Shown here: one piece after another, positions 53,201 to 64,000 of the stretch | Numbering within the stretch: the stretch's first letter is position 1 | Layout of the letters: each line of letters begins with the position of its first letter | Assembly (NCBI GenBank): GCA_021613535.1 | Contig: CP075497.1 | Coordinates: 2,666,001-2,730,000, forward strand | Direction: 5' to 3' | DNA from: Adineta vaga | Taxonomy: Eukaryota > Animalia > Rotifera | Length of the DNA stretch: 64,000 nucleotides | Notes under the pieces: model-generated | What the model was told of the DNA's origin: nothing | The model's database searches: none | What the model saw: the letters and a program-made list of their open reading frames with translations, nothing else | Position numbers and translations under genes: made by a program

Positions 53201-55223
53201 TAAGAATCAATTACTTACGTTGATCTCGTGCAAGTGCAAGAGCTTCTTCAAATGTTTGTTCAGCTTCACGATATTGTCGTAGTTTTGCTTGACTATGTGC
53301 AACAAGAACTTTAGCATTTAATTGCCAAACTGGATCATTCACAGCAACAGCTTCAACATAGGATCGTTCGCCATAGCGTTTTGCACGTTCATAATCACCT
53401 AAAAACAAAAAAGAATGTATCATACAGAAATGATTTTAAACAAACCAAGTCCAAAATGACATTGACCAATTTCATGAAATAACCAAGCTTTTTCTAACGA
53501 TGAGTTTGCCAATGGAATCTTTCGTTCCCAAACTTGAATGGCTTGAGCAAATTGTCCACTACGAGCATAGACACGTCCTAAATTATCCAATGCACGTGAT
53601 GATCGATCATTATCGTTCTTTGATGTTGCATATGTTAAATCTCGGAAATGATAATCTAATGCTTTATTGTAATCGCCTAATTCTAAGTATGCATTGCCTA
53701 AACGTGAATGAATATCGGCAATGACAGGTTGTTTTTCAGAAAATTTGCGTTCATCTAATCGTTCACAGAATTCAAGTAAACGATGGGCACGACGGCGAGC
53801 ATCAACAAATTGATCTGTATTTTGTACTAAAATAAGAAAAGATTTGTTTAGGAATATTGAATGAAAAGGACAAATTTTCTTTACATTCATCAATAGCTTC
53901 AAGTTCACGTTGAACATATGCGTAATTTTCATCATCATTGTCGGCTTTTTTCAAAGATTTGCGAGCATAGAGTGGTTCTTGTTGACGCCAGAAATGTGTT
54001 CGACCATCCAAATAATCAATACCATCAGATGCTAATTGATAGATTGCATCACCTGATTTCGTATTCGCTTTTGTTACCGCTATAAAAATCAATTGTATTT
54101 GATTTAGTACGATCATTAAAACTGACTTACTTGTATTATTAATAATTTTATCGAGAAAAACTCGATCTTCATACAGATCACCTAAAAGTTGTTTTGTTGT
54201 TTTTGGATTAGCAGGTGGTGGATGTGGTTTTCGTTGAACGGTTGTATCTTTTCTTTGTGATGCACGTACATAACCAATTGGCTGTTTCTTTTTCTATTAT
54301 GATTTAATAAAGAATAGAAAAAGAAAACAAATAAGTATTTAGTCTTTTATCAAATAAAAACAATCAAATTTAAGCATTATCTGTTTCTTAGCAGATTAAT
54401 CACACGATAAGTTGAAAAAAAAGAGAGAGTTAGTTAAATTTAAACTAGAAGAAAAAATATCACCTTTTTCGCATCTTCCTGTGAAATATCATGCAAATGT
54501 GCAACGATATAAATTCTTATTAAAATAGTTTACCTCGTCATTTTTGTAAAAGATCGAAAGATCGCCACTAGCTTCAAGTTTTACACGGTTTGGATCTAAT
54601 TCAGAAGAGAAATCAGAGAATCAGTTTAGTCAATCGATAAGAATTACCTCCAACTGAATTATCAATTGCTTCTTGAGCTTTGTTAATACCCAATTGAAAT
54701 TCACGTAGATCTGATCGAAGTTTTTTACCACGATGATAAAACATTAAAGCTAATTCGAATTCACCCATTGCATAGAGAGCTTCAGCTTTTTGATATAATC
54801 CCTTAAAGAAAACATTGCCGTATAGATTCATTGTAAAGAAAACACATGACATGAAACATACTCTGGTAAATTCTTTATTGCTTTTCAACGATTCTTCAGC
54901 ATCTTGTAATGCTAAATTATTTTTACCTATCTTTAAATAACATGCTGATCGAGCCACTAAACCATTCAAACGATCATTAATATCTTTTGCTGTTGATTTA
55001 TCATCATCTTGTGGTAAAAGATCAAGTGCCTATATGATTTTTCCTGATAGATAAAAGTCTTTCTTTCTTCAATGAATCGATTTACCTCGGTGTAGGATTG
55101 AATAGCTTTGATATAAAGTTTATCTCGAGAAAACTTTTCACCTTCGCCCATTAATGCTTGAAAACTTTTCAAAGGACCTTTTGTTTCCGAGGAAACACTG
55201 ATTTCGTCGTCTTTTTTAACCAT
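47253..55223 (-). CDS. TTC25: TTC25/ODAD4 (outer dynein arm docking TPR protein) fused in frame to seven C-terminal PLAT/LH2 domains
   Basis: LVARSACYLKIG..ALQDAEESL; GLYQKAEALYAMGEFELALMFYHRG..EFQLGINKAQEAIDNSVG; QLLGDLYEDRVFL; YLDGRTHFWRQQEPLYAR; SRALDNLGRVYARSG..WERKIPL..EKAWLFHEIGQC; WQLNAKVLVAHSQ. Splicing then continues into PLAT repeats (VKT..GAGTDANV..FE.G..D.F..DVG..IEHD..G..GWY..FPV.RWLD..EGD). Stop at 47253. Confidence 0.85.
47440..52110 (-). repeat. Three tandem ~1.6-kb units, each encoding PLAT-A, an acidic linker and PLAT-B
   Basis: PLAT-A (KTGS..GSGTDANV..TLNG) starts at ~52100, ~50465 and ~48790. PLAT-B (YEVTVKTA..GAGTDANV) starts at ~51290, ~49680 and ~48020. Intron positions are conserved among units. 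Confidence 0.9.
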
Positions 55224-56074
55224 CGTTCGTATTGATGTGTGAAAAAATAAAACTAATGTCCGTTTTGTTTCAAAGCAACATACTTTTGTTAAGAAAAACA
55301 ACCATTTTCGATTGTAGATCTCTACTAGACAACAACACCTTCAATTTTACACTTTCGATAGAGTTCGCTACATATCAATAACAAAATTTTACTGAACATT
55401 TGATTATCAACTTTATAAACTATTTTCTATCGTATTTAATCATGTGTCGTATGTAACCGATGCTTGTCAATAGTCGTTTTTTTTTCTTATTTTCTAAGAT
55501 ATTCATATGTACAGATCGAAAAATGTCTGTCAATTTTGTTTGCATGAAGAATGTTATTTTAAAGGTGTGCAAATGTTAATCTTTGTTGTTCTTCATAAAT
55601 CAATACCTGACTTTTTTTCGAACAGAATAAAACATCATTCCTTTTGCCATTGAAATGAAATGGCAAGAATGATACTCACATATTGCTTTTTATTCATGAT
55701 TAGATTAAAATAATTGACCTATATTTCAATAGATATCGCACATCGTCAAATTTCAATCTTTTCAACATGATTCGTTCAAATAAAACTCAAGATTGGTTGA
55801 AAGAACAGTAAAGAAAAAGGGCATAAGAACGAAAAATGAATGAGAGAAAAACGAAAAAGAAAGCTTATATTACTCTTTACTAGTTCTTCCACGCGTTTGC
55901 GCGTGATGAATGCCATGATCATCATAATTGTTATAAAACACGCTCGTGTCAACATTCGTTTACCATTTCAATCTGGCGTCTTCCCAAATTTCTGATGATC
56001 TCTACTATCCTAATCGACAATTTCTCAAACAATATATTAGTTTAGCTACACATAATTGTAATGAAACTGCTATC

Positions 56075-59000
56075 ATGACACCACCTGCAGGTGAGAATGC
56101 ATTTGCAACATTAACATCAACATTATCAACAATCAATCCATTGAATCAAACAAATATAAATAATATTGACGAATGGCTTTTACTTGATTCTAATAATGGT
56201 TTTATTCGTTTATATGATCCAAATGATGCTTCATCATCCTATCCACGTTCAAAACTTGTTCCATGTACAATGTGGACAACAATTGAACAAATTTGTTTAA
56301 GATTAAATAATGATTTAGATCCTCGAACATGGTATGTGCAATATCATGGTGATCGAATTCAACATTTACGTCCCGATGAAAAACCTTTATTTATTCAACA
56401 TAATTATCTTCTATCCATTGGATTTTCCAGTATTCAACGTTTACAACAAGAAGGCGATAAACATGATCTTGGTTATCTCATACGATTTCTTTCAGATCGA
56501 TTAATGCTCGATCCAAAAATTCAACCACGAAGTTTATCAACATTAGCTTGGATTCGAAAAGGCAAATTAATACGAAAATGGACGAAACGTAAATGTGTTA
56601 TATCCACAAGTCGATTGACCGTTTATCCTGGTTTGATAAAAAGAAACAACAACATTGTTCATTAATTATTTTCTATTTTCTAGATGCAAATACAAATCCT
56701 TATGTGATAGAATTACAACGTGCAAGTGTTGAAGAAGTTCGTTCTAAAGATAAACCATTCTGTTTGAAATTATCAATTGATGATGGTAAAAGTGACGTTT
56801 TATACATGGCTTTGAATAATGATGAAGAATACAGTCGATGGCTGAAACGTTTACGAAAAGTAATTTTAACCTTCGAAAATAAATTTGATCATTTGATTTG
56901 ATTTTTGCTTTAGACAACAAATAAATTACCTGACATAGCTGATTATTCTTCAAGTCATTTAGAATTAATTCCTAAAAGTTTATTTGTCAATAGTAAATTA
57001 GTTGTACTTAATTTACGTCATAATAATTTACTAATGCGACCATCTGATGAAGTGGTTTTTACAGTTGGTATGTCGTTTTTATTCTCTTCTTTGATCTAAT
57101 CCCTGTTTTTCTATGATATCGAAAAAAGGAAAAAGTCATTTCAAAGGTTTCAATACTTAATTTGAAATCATCAATGTACTTTTCGAAACCTCTCTATCCG
57201 ATTCAAAAAGCTGATAACCATATTGCATTTGTAAATATATCAATCGTATCTTTTTTTGCAGGTTGGTTAGATGATTTAACACGTTTTCAATATTTAACCA
57301 GTTTAAATCTTGCTGATAATGATTTAAAAACATTTCCTATTGTCATTTGTCATCTTCCACGTTTAATCGATTTAAATCTTGGTAATAATGGAATCGATTG
57401 TATTCCAAGTGATATTGAAAAACTACAAAGGTACAAAAAAGAAACAACAACTTTGTTTCGATCTTTTTCTTCAAATTCAATTTTGAATTTTGTTTAGTAT
57501 GGAAATTCTAAATCTTCAAAGTAATCGTTTATCGATTTTACCAACTGAAATTGAAAATTTAAAACGTTTGCGTGATTTTTATTTGGATTTTAATCTCTTC
57601 AAAGATATTCCAATCTCGTTAGCACGTTTAACAAATGTTCGTTATTCTGATATAACGAATTTATGTTTAGCTGGAAATCATATTCGAAAATTATCCATCG
57701 ATTCAGCTCAATAGTAAGTAAACATTTTGAAGGATATGAAATTTTTTAATTAAGAATTTTTAGTCTTGAACATTGTCGTCAATTAGATTTACGAATGAAT
57801 CAATTAAAGTTCGATGAAAATGATTTAATTTTATTAAAACGTTTAACTCATATAACACATTTGGATATTTCACATAATTATCGTCTGAATGAACTGGATT
57901 TACGTTCATTAGCAACACTGGAAAATCTTAATTGTTCTTATAATAATACATTTCGTTTAATTTTAAATGGACATTCATTAATACACTTAAATGCTTCACA
58001 TAATAGTAAAATCATTTCTTTTCATTTTATTTATTGAAAAGATTCTTTTTTCTCGATTTAGAATTGAAACATATTGATGTTCTTACTTCTCCAATGAATT
58101 TAATTGAACTTGATATAAGCTCGTAAGTGTTCGATTGATTATTCAATTCATTCCGTTTCATTTAATATTCGTAGAAATGAATTTCAAATACTTCCGGATT
58201 GGTTCAATGAAGAAAATTCCTCATTAAAACGATTCATTGCCGATCATAATCTTCTGAATGTTCTACCAGTCAAGTAAATTTCACTTTTTTTCCTTCATTT
58301 TTCAAAAATTCATACGTGATTTTTCCAGATTTTTTCTTTCAAATAAACGTCTTCAATACATTCGATTGAATCACAATCGTTTATTACATCTTCCTGAACG
58401 TATAGCAAATTGTAATGTTGAAACTTTGTTACTTCATTCAAATCGTCTTGAACATCTTCCAGTAAATCTCTTGAAAAATCTTCATCGATTGAAAATATTA
58501 AATTTAACACAAAATCAATTGATTTCTTTACCCTTACCAAATGATCGAACTGATTTAAATCGTTTACAAGAACTTTATTTATCCTGTAATGAATTAGATG
58601 ATGATGTTTTTGCATTAATTTCACGATATGAAAGATTGAAAGTCTTGCATTTAGCTTATAATCGTATTGAACAAATTGATGATGTGTAAGATGATTTATT
58701 TCATTCAAAAGATTTCCTTTGAACCTTTTTTTCTTTAGTGCATTGAGAAAATTAGTTTCGTTAACAGAATTAAATTTATCAGGAAATAATATCGAATTAT
58801 TACCACAAACAGCATTGATATCAATGGAAAATTTACAAGTCTTATGTCTACATTCTAATCAATTACGTGCAATACCAGATTTACGTCGATTCACTTCACT
58901 TAAAGTATAAATTCGAAAAGAAATTCGCATCATTGATTTGTTTTATTTTAGATATTGGATTTGAGTTTTAATGAAATTGATTCAGCATCCATTGATAATC

Positions 59001-61361
59001 TCTTTCCACCATCGTTAACTATATTAGATTTATCGGGAAATCAAGCGATTAATATTCAGAGAGATAGTCTGAAATCACTAAGGTTGGATTTAATAATAAA
59101 GATTTGAAGACAAAAAAAAAACGAGACCTATTTTTACAATTTATTTAGTCAAAAAACTGTTTCTTTGATAAATATTTCTGGTTTATCCGATGTTTCACCT
59201 GATACATCATTATGGTCAGTTGGCTTTGCTCAAAGTTCTGGTATTCGGAATAGGTTTGTTGCAATCCATCTCTCGTATATCTTCTTCATTTCTTTCTATT
59301 ACTTTAGATTAGCAATAACCACAATTAATCAAGCATCATTTAATTACTCTACAAATGATGCTTTATTTGCTATGTTTGATGGTGGATTAAATAATGAAGT
59401 TCCACTAATTCTTAAAAACAAATTACCTGATATTCTCAAATCTGAATATGAACAATGTGATCAAGCAAATATTTATTTAAAACACACTTTTCTAACTTTA
59501 CAAAAGTTCGTTTTGTCATTCAGATTGATTTGTTTTTCATCATCAATTATTTTTCTAGACGATTGAAAATTACGGGTCAACGTTTAGGTGCTGCATCAAC
59601 TGTTGTTCATATTCGTAGTTTATTACCAACAAATATTGGAAATGCGAATCTCTATTCATCAACAACAACAACCTCATCTTCATCGTCTCAAACAGAAAAT
59701 AATTTTCGTTTTGAATTAAACGCTGCAAATGTTGGTCATTGTGAAGCTATACTTTGTCGTTCATCAATAATTCATCCGTTAACACGTCGTTTTACTATTC
59801 CACATGATGAAAGTGAATGTAAACGTATAAGAAAATCACCAAATATAATCATTAATGAAGATAACGCATTAAATGCGATTACATCTCAAACAAGAATGTT
59901 AGGTTGTTCATTTCTTTATCCTTCAGTTTTACCAACACCGCATATATCATCGTTTATATTGAGTAAAAATGATGAATTTTTTATTATTGCGAATAATTCA
60001 CTATGGCAGGTAAATGAAGAATTTCTTTTTCTGCATATTTCTATTTGTTTTATTTATTCAAGCATCTTTCACATGAAGAAGCTGTACGTACAATTCGTTC
60101 GATACATAATCCTGTTTTAGCATCGAAAAAACTTGTTGATATCGCACAAAGTTATGGTGCAAAAGAGAACTTAGCGGTATTGATTGTTAAATTTAATTTT
60201 CAAAAAAAGATTCAACATCCTCCTCATCATCAACAACAACAACAACAACAGCAACAACAAAGATTGCCACGTCAACAAACTTATTCAGAAAATACAAGTT
60301 CAGGTAGTTTGTTTATCCTGACAAATCTTTCTATTGAAATGAATGTTTTATTTTAGGTGAACATTCACCCACGGCAAGTCCACTGATACCTATGTTAGAT
60401 TCGACAGGTTATTTAAGTGTTGGTGAATTAAGTGGAGGTGATGAAGACGATTCGAATGAGGATCCGCAATCGACATATATTTCTGCTAAACCACTTCGAC
60501 ATTATTTCTATCATCAATCAGATCAAGCATCATCATCAAGCGATGCTCCAGCAACATTAAATGATTCCATACAAAATCGTCTTCTTTCACGTAGTGGACG
60601 AACATCTAATTTAGCGGCATCACTTGTCGATACATCGAATTTGAAAGAGAAAAAACATGAAAAAATCTTTCAATCTGATTCGGGTCTGTTCAATTTTCCC
60701 GCATCCAATGCTGAACCAATACGAACGGTACCAAGTGATTTAACAATTGTTAGTGAAATTCTTCCATCATCACCACCACCCACAGCATTATCACGAACAA
60801 AACGAATTAAAAATCCATCCCTAAGTGGCGATTGGTAATCTTATCATATTCATAATCAACAAAAAAGAATCTATCTTTTATTACTTTTTCTTTTTTAGTC
60901 CATCACCACCAAGACCTGGTCGTTATCGAAAGAAATTAGCTCCTCCAGCTCGTCCACCATTAGGTTATTCCAAACCACCTCGTATGGATTTCTCCAGTAA
61001 TAGTGATTTATCAACTAATGGACATGAGTTTGATTATTCACCTGTTTATCCCGCTGGTTTTCGTCCTGTTGCTGATGCTGTTCTGTCAATTTCATCAAGT
61101 GAAGACGATGATGACGACGATGATGATGATGATGATTTTTCCTATGTTGTCGATCAAATGAGTTTAACATCAACAAATACCAATACAGACGGTCAACAGA
61201 TTCCACAACAAACAGAATTTAATTTCTTTGTTCGAAGACATTATCCTTCCACTTCATCCACAACACATTCAGCTATGAATAGTACATTAACATCATCATC
61301 TGGTGCAACAAATAATCCATCTCAAGCAACAACACTTTCAAATAAAGTGACACGATTATAA
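56075..61361 (+). CDS. PHLPP: PH domain leucine-rich repeat protein phosphatase (RA-like, PH, LRR, PP2C, PDZ ligand); start codon uncertain
   Basis: SKLVPCT..TT..QIC; RKGKLIRKWTKRKCVI (PH); many LxxLxLxxNxL repeats; LQELYLSCNELDDD; PP2C WSVGFAQSSGIRNRL, FAMFDG, RLKITGQRLGAAS, ANVGHCEAILCR, LVDIAQSYGAKENL; ends VTRL*. Confidence 0.92.
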
Positions 61362-62095
61362 TCAAAATTTTATGTTCTTTGTGTTTTGCTTTTTATATTA
61401 TTATCTTACTTATCAGTATTTATTCTTTACTAACAAAATGTTTCTTCATGCATTTTTTTTATGGATCATTTTTTTTTCTTATGAATGATGCTTTATTCCG
61501 ATATTAATAAATGCATAATGACTATTATTCAGGATAAGCAATTGTTTTGAATTTAATGAGGTTCTGTTTTCTAATGGGAACAGCTGCGATGTATTGTATC
61601 AATCTATTCATCATTAATGGTGAAGAATAGAAGGAGAGATAAAAGAAATTTGATAAAACAAAGTAAGATTCTTCATATTTAAAACAGAAAAAATGATGTC
61701 ATTAAATACATCTTTGAACGAAGTGATAGTCAAACAATGTCGATATCTCATAGAAAGAATCGATGAGTACACTGTATTTTTATATTACTGGATGAGTCAT
61801 CAAAGAGTTGATAGTTCTAGAAATAATAGGTCTAGGACAACCAATTGCGATGTTAATGCAAAAATAGTTCTGTACTTGCTAGGACTAGTTTCATCGTTCT
61901 CTTGCTTCCACCCCATCTTTGTTTCTTTTTTTTCTTTTTTTCTTCTTCTTCTGCTAATCGTATTGTGTCAAATCATCAGACACTACTTCTATTCAGTACG
62001 GCCTATATTTTTTTAGTAGAAGAATGATCGCAAACAGACTCAGCAAGGAAGAACAATATTCATCTATGTAATCGAAACAACTATCTTGATTCGAA

Positions 62096-63133
62096 ATGGT
62101 TTATATTCATTGGTCAAAATATCAAAATCATCGTCCATTATTCCAGATATGTTCCATCTGTTGTGATTATAAACGATATCTTCTCTTATCACTATTTATT
62201 CTATGTATAATCATGTTATTTTATGTTAATTCTGATACATTTTCAAAAACGGATATGATTGAGAATGAAGATCTATGTTCCAAGTTACTGCATATAACTA
62301 TTAATAGTAATCGAACTTTATGTAGCGAAGAAGCGGATCGTCGGGGTAACAAACAACGTATTATTTCATTATCGATCTTTGGGCCGAAAGAAAATTCTTT
62401 GTTTGTCGATGAAAAATTTTCTCAATTAATTTCACCATTGATCGATGAAGCGAAATTCTTATTTCCAACATGGATAATACGTTTATATGCAGATGAATCA
62501 ACAATTCATCGACTGGATTTACATAATCTATCACGTACAACAAGGAATATTGATGTTTGTAATGTTAATCAATTACCAATTTTAGGTAATGTCGGTGAAT
62601 ATTTATCAGGAAAACTATGGAGATTTCTTCCAACACTTGATCCAATGGTTGATTTTGTCTCTTCGCGCGATCTTGATTCACCATTAACACATCGTGAACA
62701 AGTAGTTGTTGAACAATTTGTTAATTCATCATATTTATTTTTAACAATACGTGATCATCCGTTTCATAATGTTCCAATACTCGGTGGTTTATGGACCAGT
62801 GCATTGTATAGAAATCGTGTTTTATTTCTTCGTTTATTTCGTATTTTACTCGATAAAATTCGTGTTCAACAATATAGTTTAATGAAGGATCAAACATTAT
62901 TAGAAGAATTAATTTGGCCACATGTGAAAGATCAATCTTTAGTATTTGATTCATATACCTGTGAACAGTTTCCAGATGGAAATTTACATGCTTTTCCTAC
63001 TCAAAGACCAGCAAGAGATTGTCATTTAGGTTGTATTCGACCTTGTTGTCAAAATTCATTAAGAATTATTTTTGAAAAACCATGTCCACGAAAATGTAGA
63101 CCAGCCGATCATCCTGATTGGACTTACTGCTAA
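62096..63133 (+). CDS. Intronless type II membrane protein, putative GT-A-like glycosyltransferase of an uncharacterised family
   Basis: N-terminal TM; IISLSIFGP; FPTWIIRLY; WRFLPTLDPMVDFVSSRDLDS (DxD); RDHPFHNVPILGGLW; DQTLL..IWP; DSYTC; FPTQR; Cys-rich end CPRKCRP.DHPDWTYC. Confidence 0.75.
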   Translation: MVYIHWSKYQNHRPLFQICSICCDYKRYLLLSLFILCIIMLFYVNSDTFSKTDMIENEDLCSKLLHITINSNRTLCSEEADRRGNKQRIISLSIFGPKENSLFVDEKFSQLISPLIDEAKFLFPTWIIRLYADESTIHRLDLHNLSRTTRNIDVCNVNQLPILGNVGEYLSGKLWRFLPTLDPMVDFVSSRDLDSPLTHREQVVVEQFVNSSYLFLTIRDHPFHNVPILGGLWTSALYRNRVLFLRLFRILLDKIRVQQYSLMKDQTLLEELIWPHVKDQSLVFDSYTCEQFPDGNLHAFPTQRPARDCHLGCIRPCCQNSLRIIFEKPCPRKCRPADHPDWTYC

Positions 63134-63350
63134 TAATGTTTAAATATATTCAATAAATTTCCTAGGGAATTTCGTTTTTTCTTTTTTTGAAAATAGAAAT
63201 ATTTCAATCACAGTTACTGATATTGACATCAAATACATGTTATCAAATCAAATATTGATTTAACACATGAAATTTTGTCGTTTATTAAAAACAAATAGAC
63301 ATTTATGTAATCGAACTATCTTACTTCATATATATATAATCGAGATATTT

Positions 63351-64000
63351 CTAACAAAATAACCAATCTTTATGTTCTTTTGGACGGCATATTCTCGGAC
63401 ATTTTATATAAGTAGGTGAATCTTTGACAGATTTTGATTCATTTGTACAACATGGTTTAGGACAACCAAGAAAACATGATGAATGTTCACGCTTTGTTGG
63501 ATAAGGACGTGTATCTGTTCGTTGAATATAATATGACCAAAAGCAAGAAAATGAATCATGTGCAAGAGAATTTCGACGAGCAAGTGGCCATATATGATCT
63601 TCTAAGAATAATTGATCGCCAAGATTTGAATAACTCTTCCAAAATTTTTCAATTTCATCTTCTCGATCTGATGGTATAAGTGCATTAGCAATAATTAATC
63701 GATCATTAATTGATAAACGATTCGAAGCTACACCCCATAATCCACCAAGCATTGGAATATTATGCATTCTATTATCACGAAGAACATGAAATGCATATGT
63801 TGTTTTTGTTAACCATTCATTAACTGCTTGAACTTCACGATCAAATATATCGGAATCAAGATCACGAACCATTGCTACACCAACAAATGGATCAACTGAA
63901 ATAATATCATTTGAATATTAATATCTTTCTTATGTTTACACTTACTAGCAGGCAAGAATCGTTGTACTTTACCCGGTAATTTATTTTTTAGATTTCCTAA
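63351..64000 (-). CDS. Paralogue of the 62096 gene (5' part outside the window), intron ~63897-63945
   Basis: VDPFVGVAMVRDLDSDIFDREVQAVNEW; RDNRMHNIPMLGGLWG; DQLFLEDHIWP; HDSFSC; PYPTKR; CPRICRPKEHKDWLFC*. Confidence 0.75.

Noticed and set aside
61693-62016. 107-aa ORF between PHLPP and the GT-like gene
   Set aside because: The hydrophobic stretch derives from a poly-T/CTT tract; no other support.
1-64000. Transposons, CRISPR arrays, tRNA or rRNA genes
   Set aside because: No transposase, RT or integrase ORF, terminal repeats, repeat-spacer array or structured RNA gene recognised by eye. Small MITEs or snoRNAs in the longer introns cannot be excluded without a search.

Overview
AT-rich, gene-dense eukaryotic DNA with many very short (about 50-65 nt) GT-AG introns. 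Metazoan core genes sit beside apparently foreign genes; this combination fits a bdelloid rotifer (inference). From left to right: a partial ankyrin-repeat gene; EMC1, with an antisense intronless VPV/articulin-like gene nested in one intron; RPL38 head-to-head with DCAF13; a GT31 glycosyltransferase; an MS4A-like 4-TM protein; a divergent pair of hnRNP A1-like RRM genes, one a ~1000-aa RRM-CCCH-RRM-pseudokinase fusion; a secreted single-PLAT protein; a 63-aa membrane micropeptide; a ~15.6-kb Notch-ligand-like gene (C2/MNNL, two DSL domains, about 60 or more EGF repeats, C-type lectin, SEA-like stalk, TM); a second MS4A-like gene; an adjacent pair of horizontal-transfer candidates (bacterial-type GH31 with a frameshift, fungal-type AGX1); TTC25/ODAD4 spliced in frame to seven PLAT domains, with microexons and gene-conversion-like tracts; PHLPP; and a tail-to-tail pair of putative glycosyltransferases. 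I found no tRNA, rRNA, CRISPR array or recognisable transposon. All gene models were spliced by eye and family calls come from motif recognition, not database searches.
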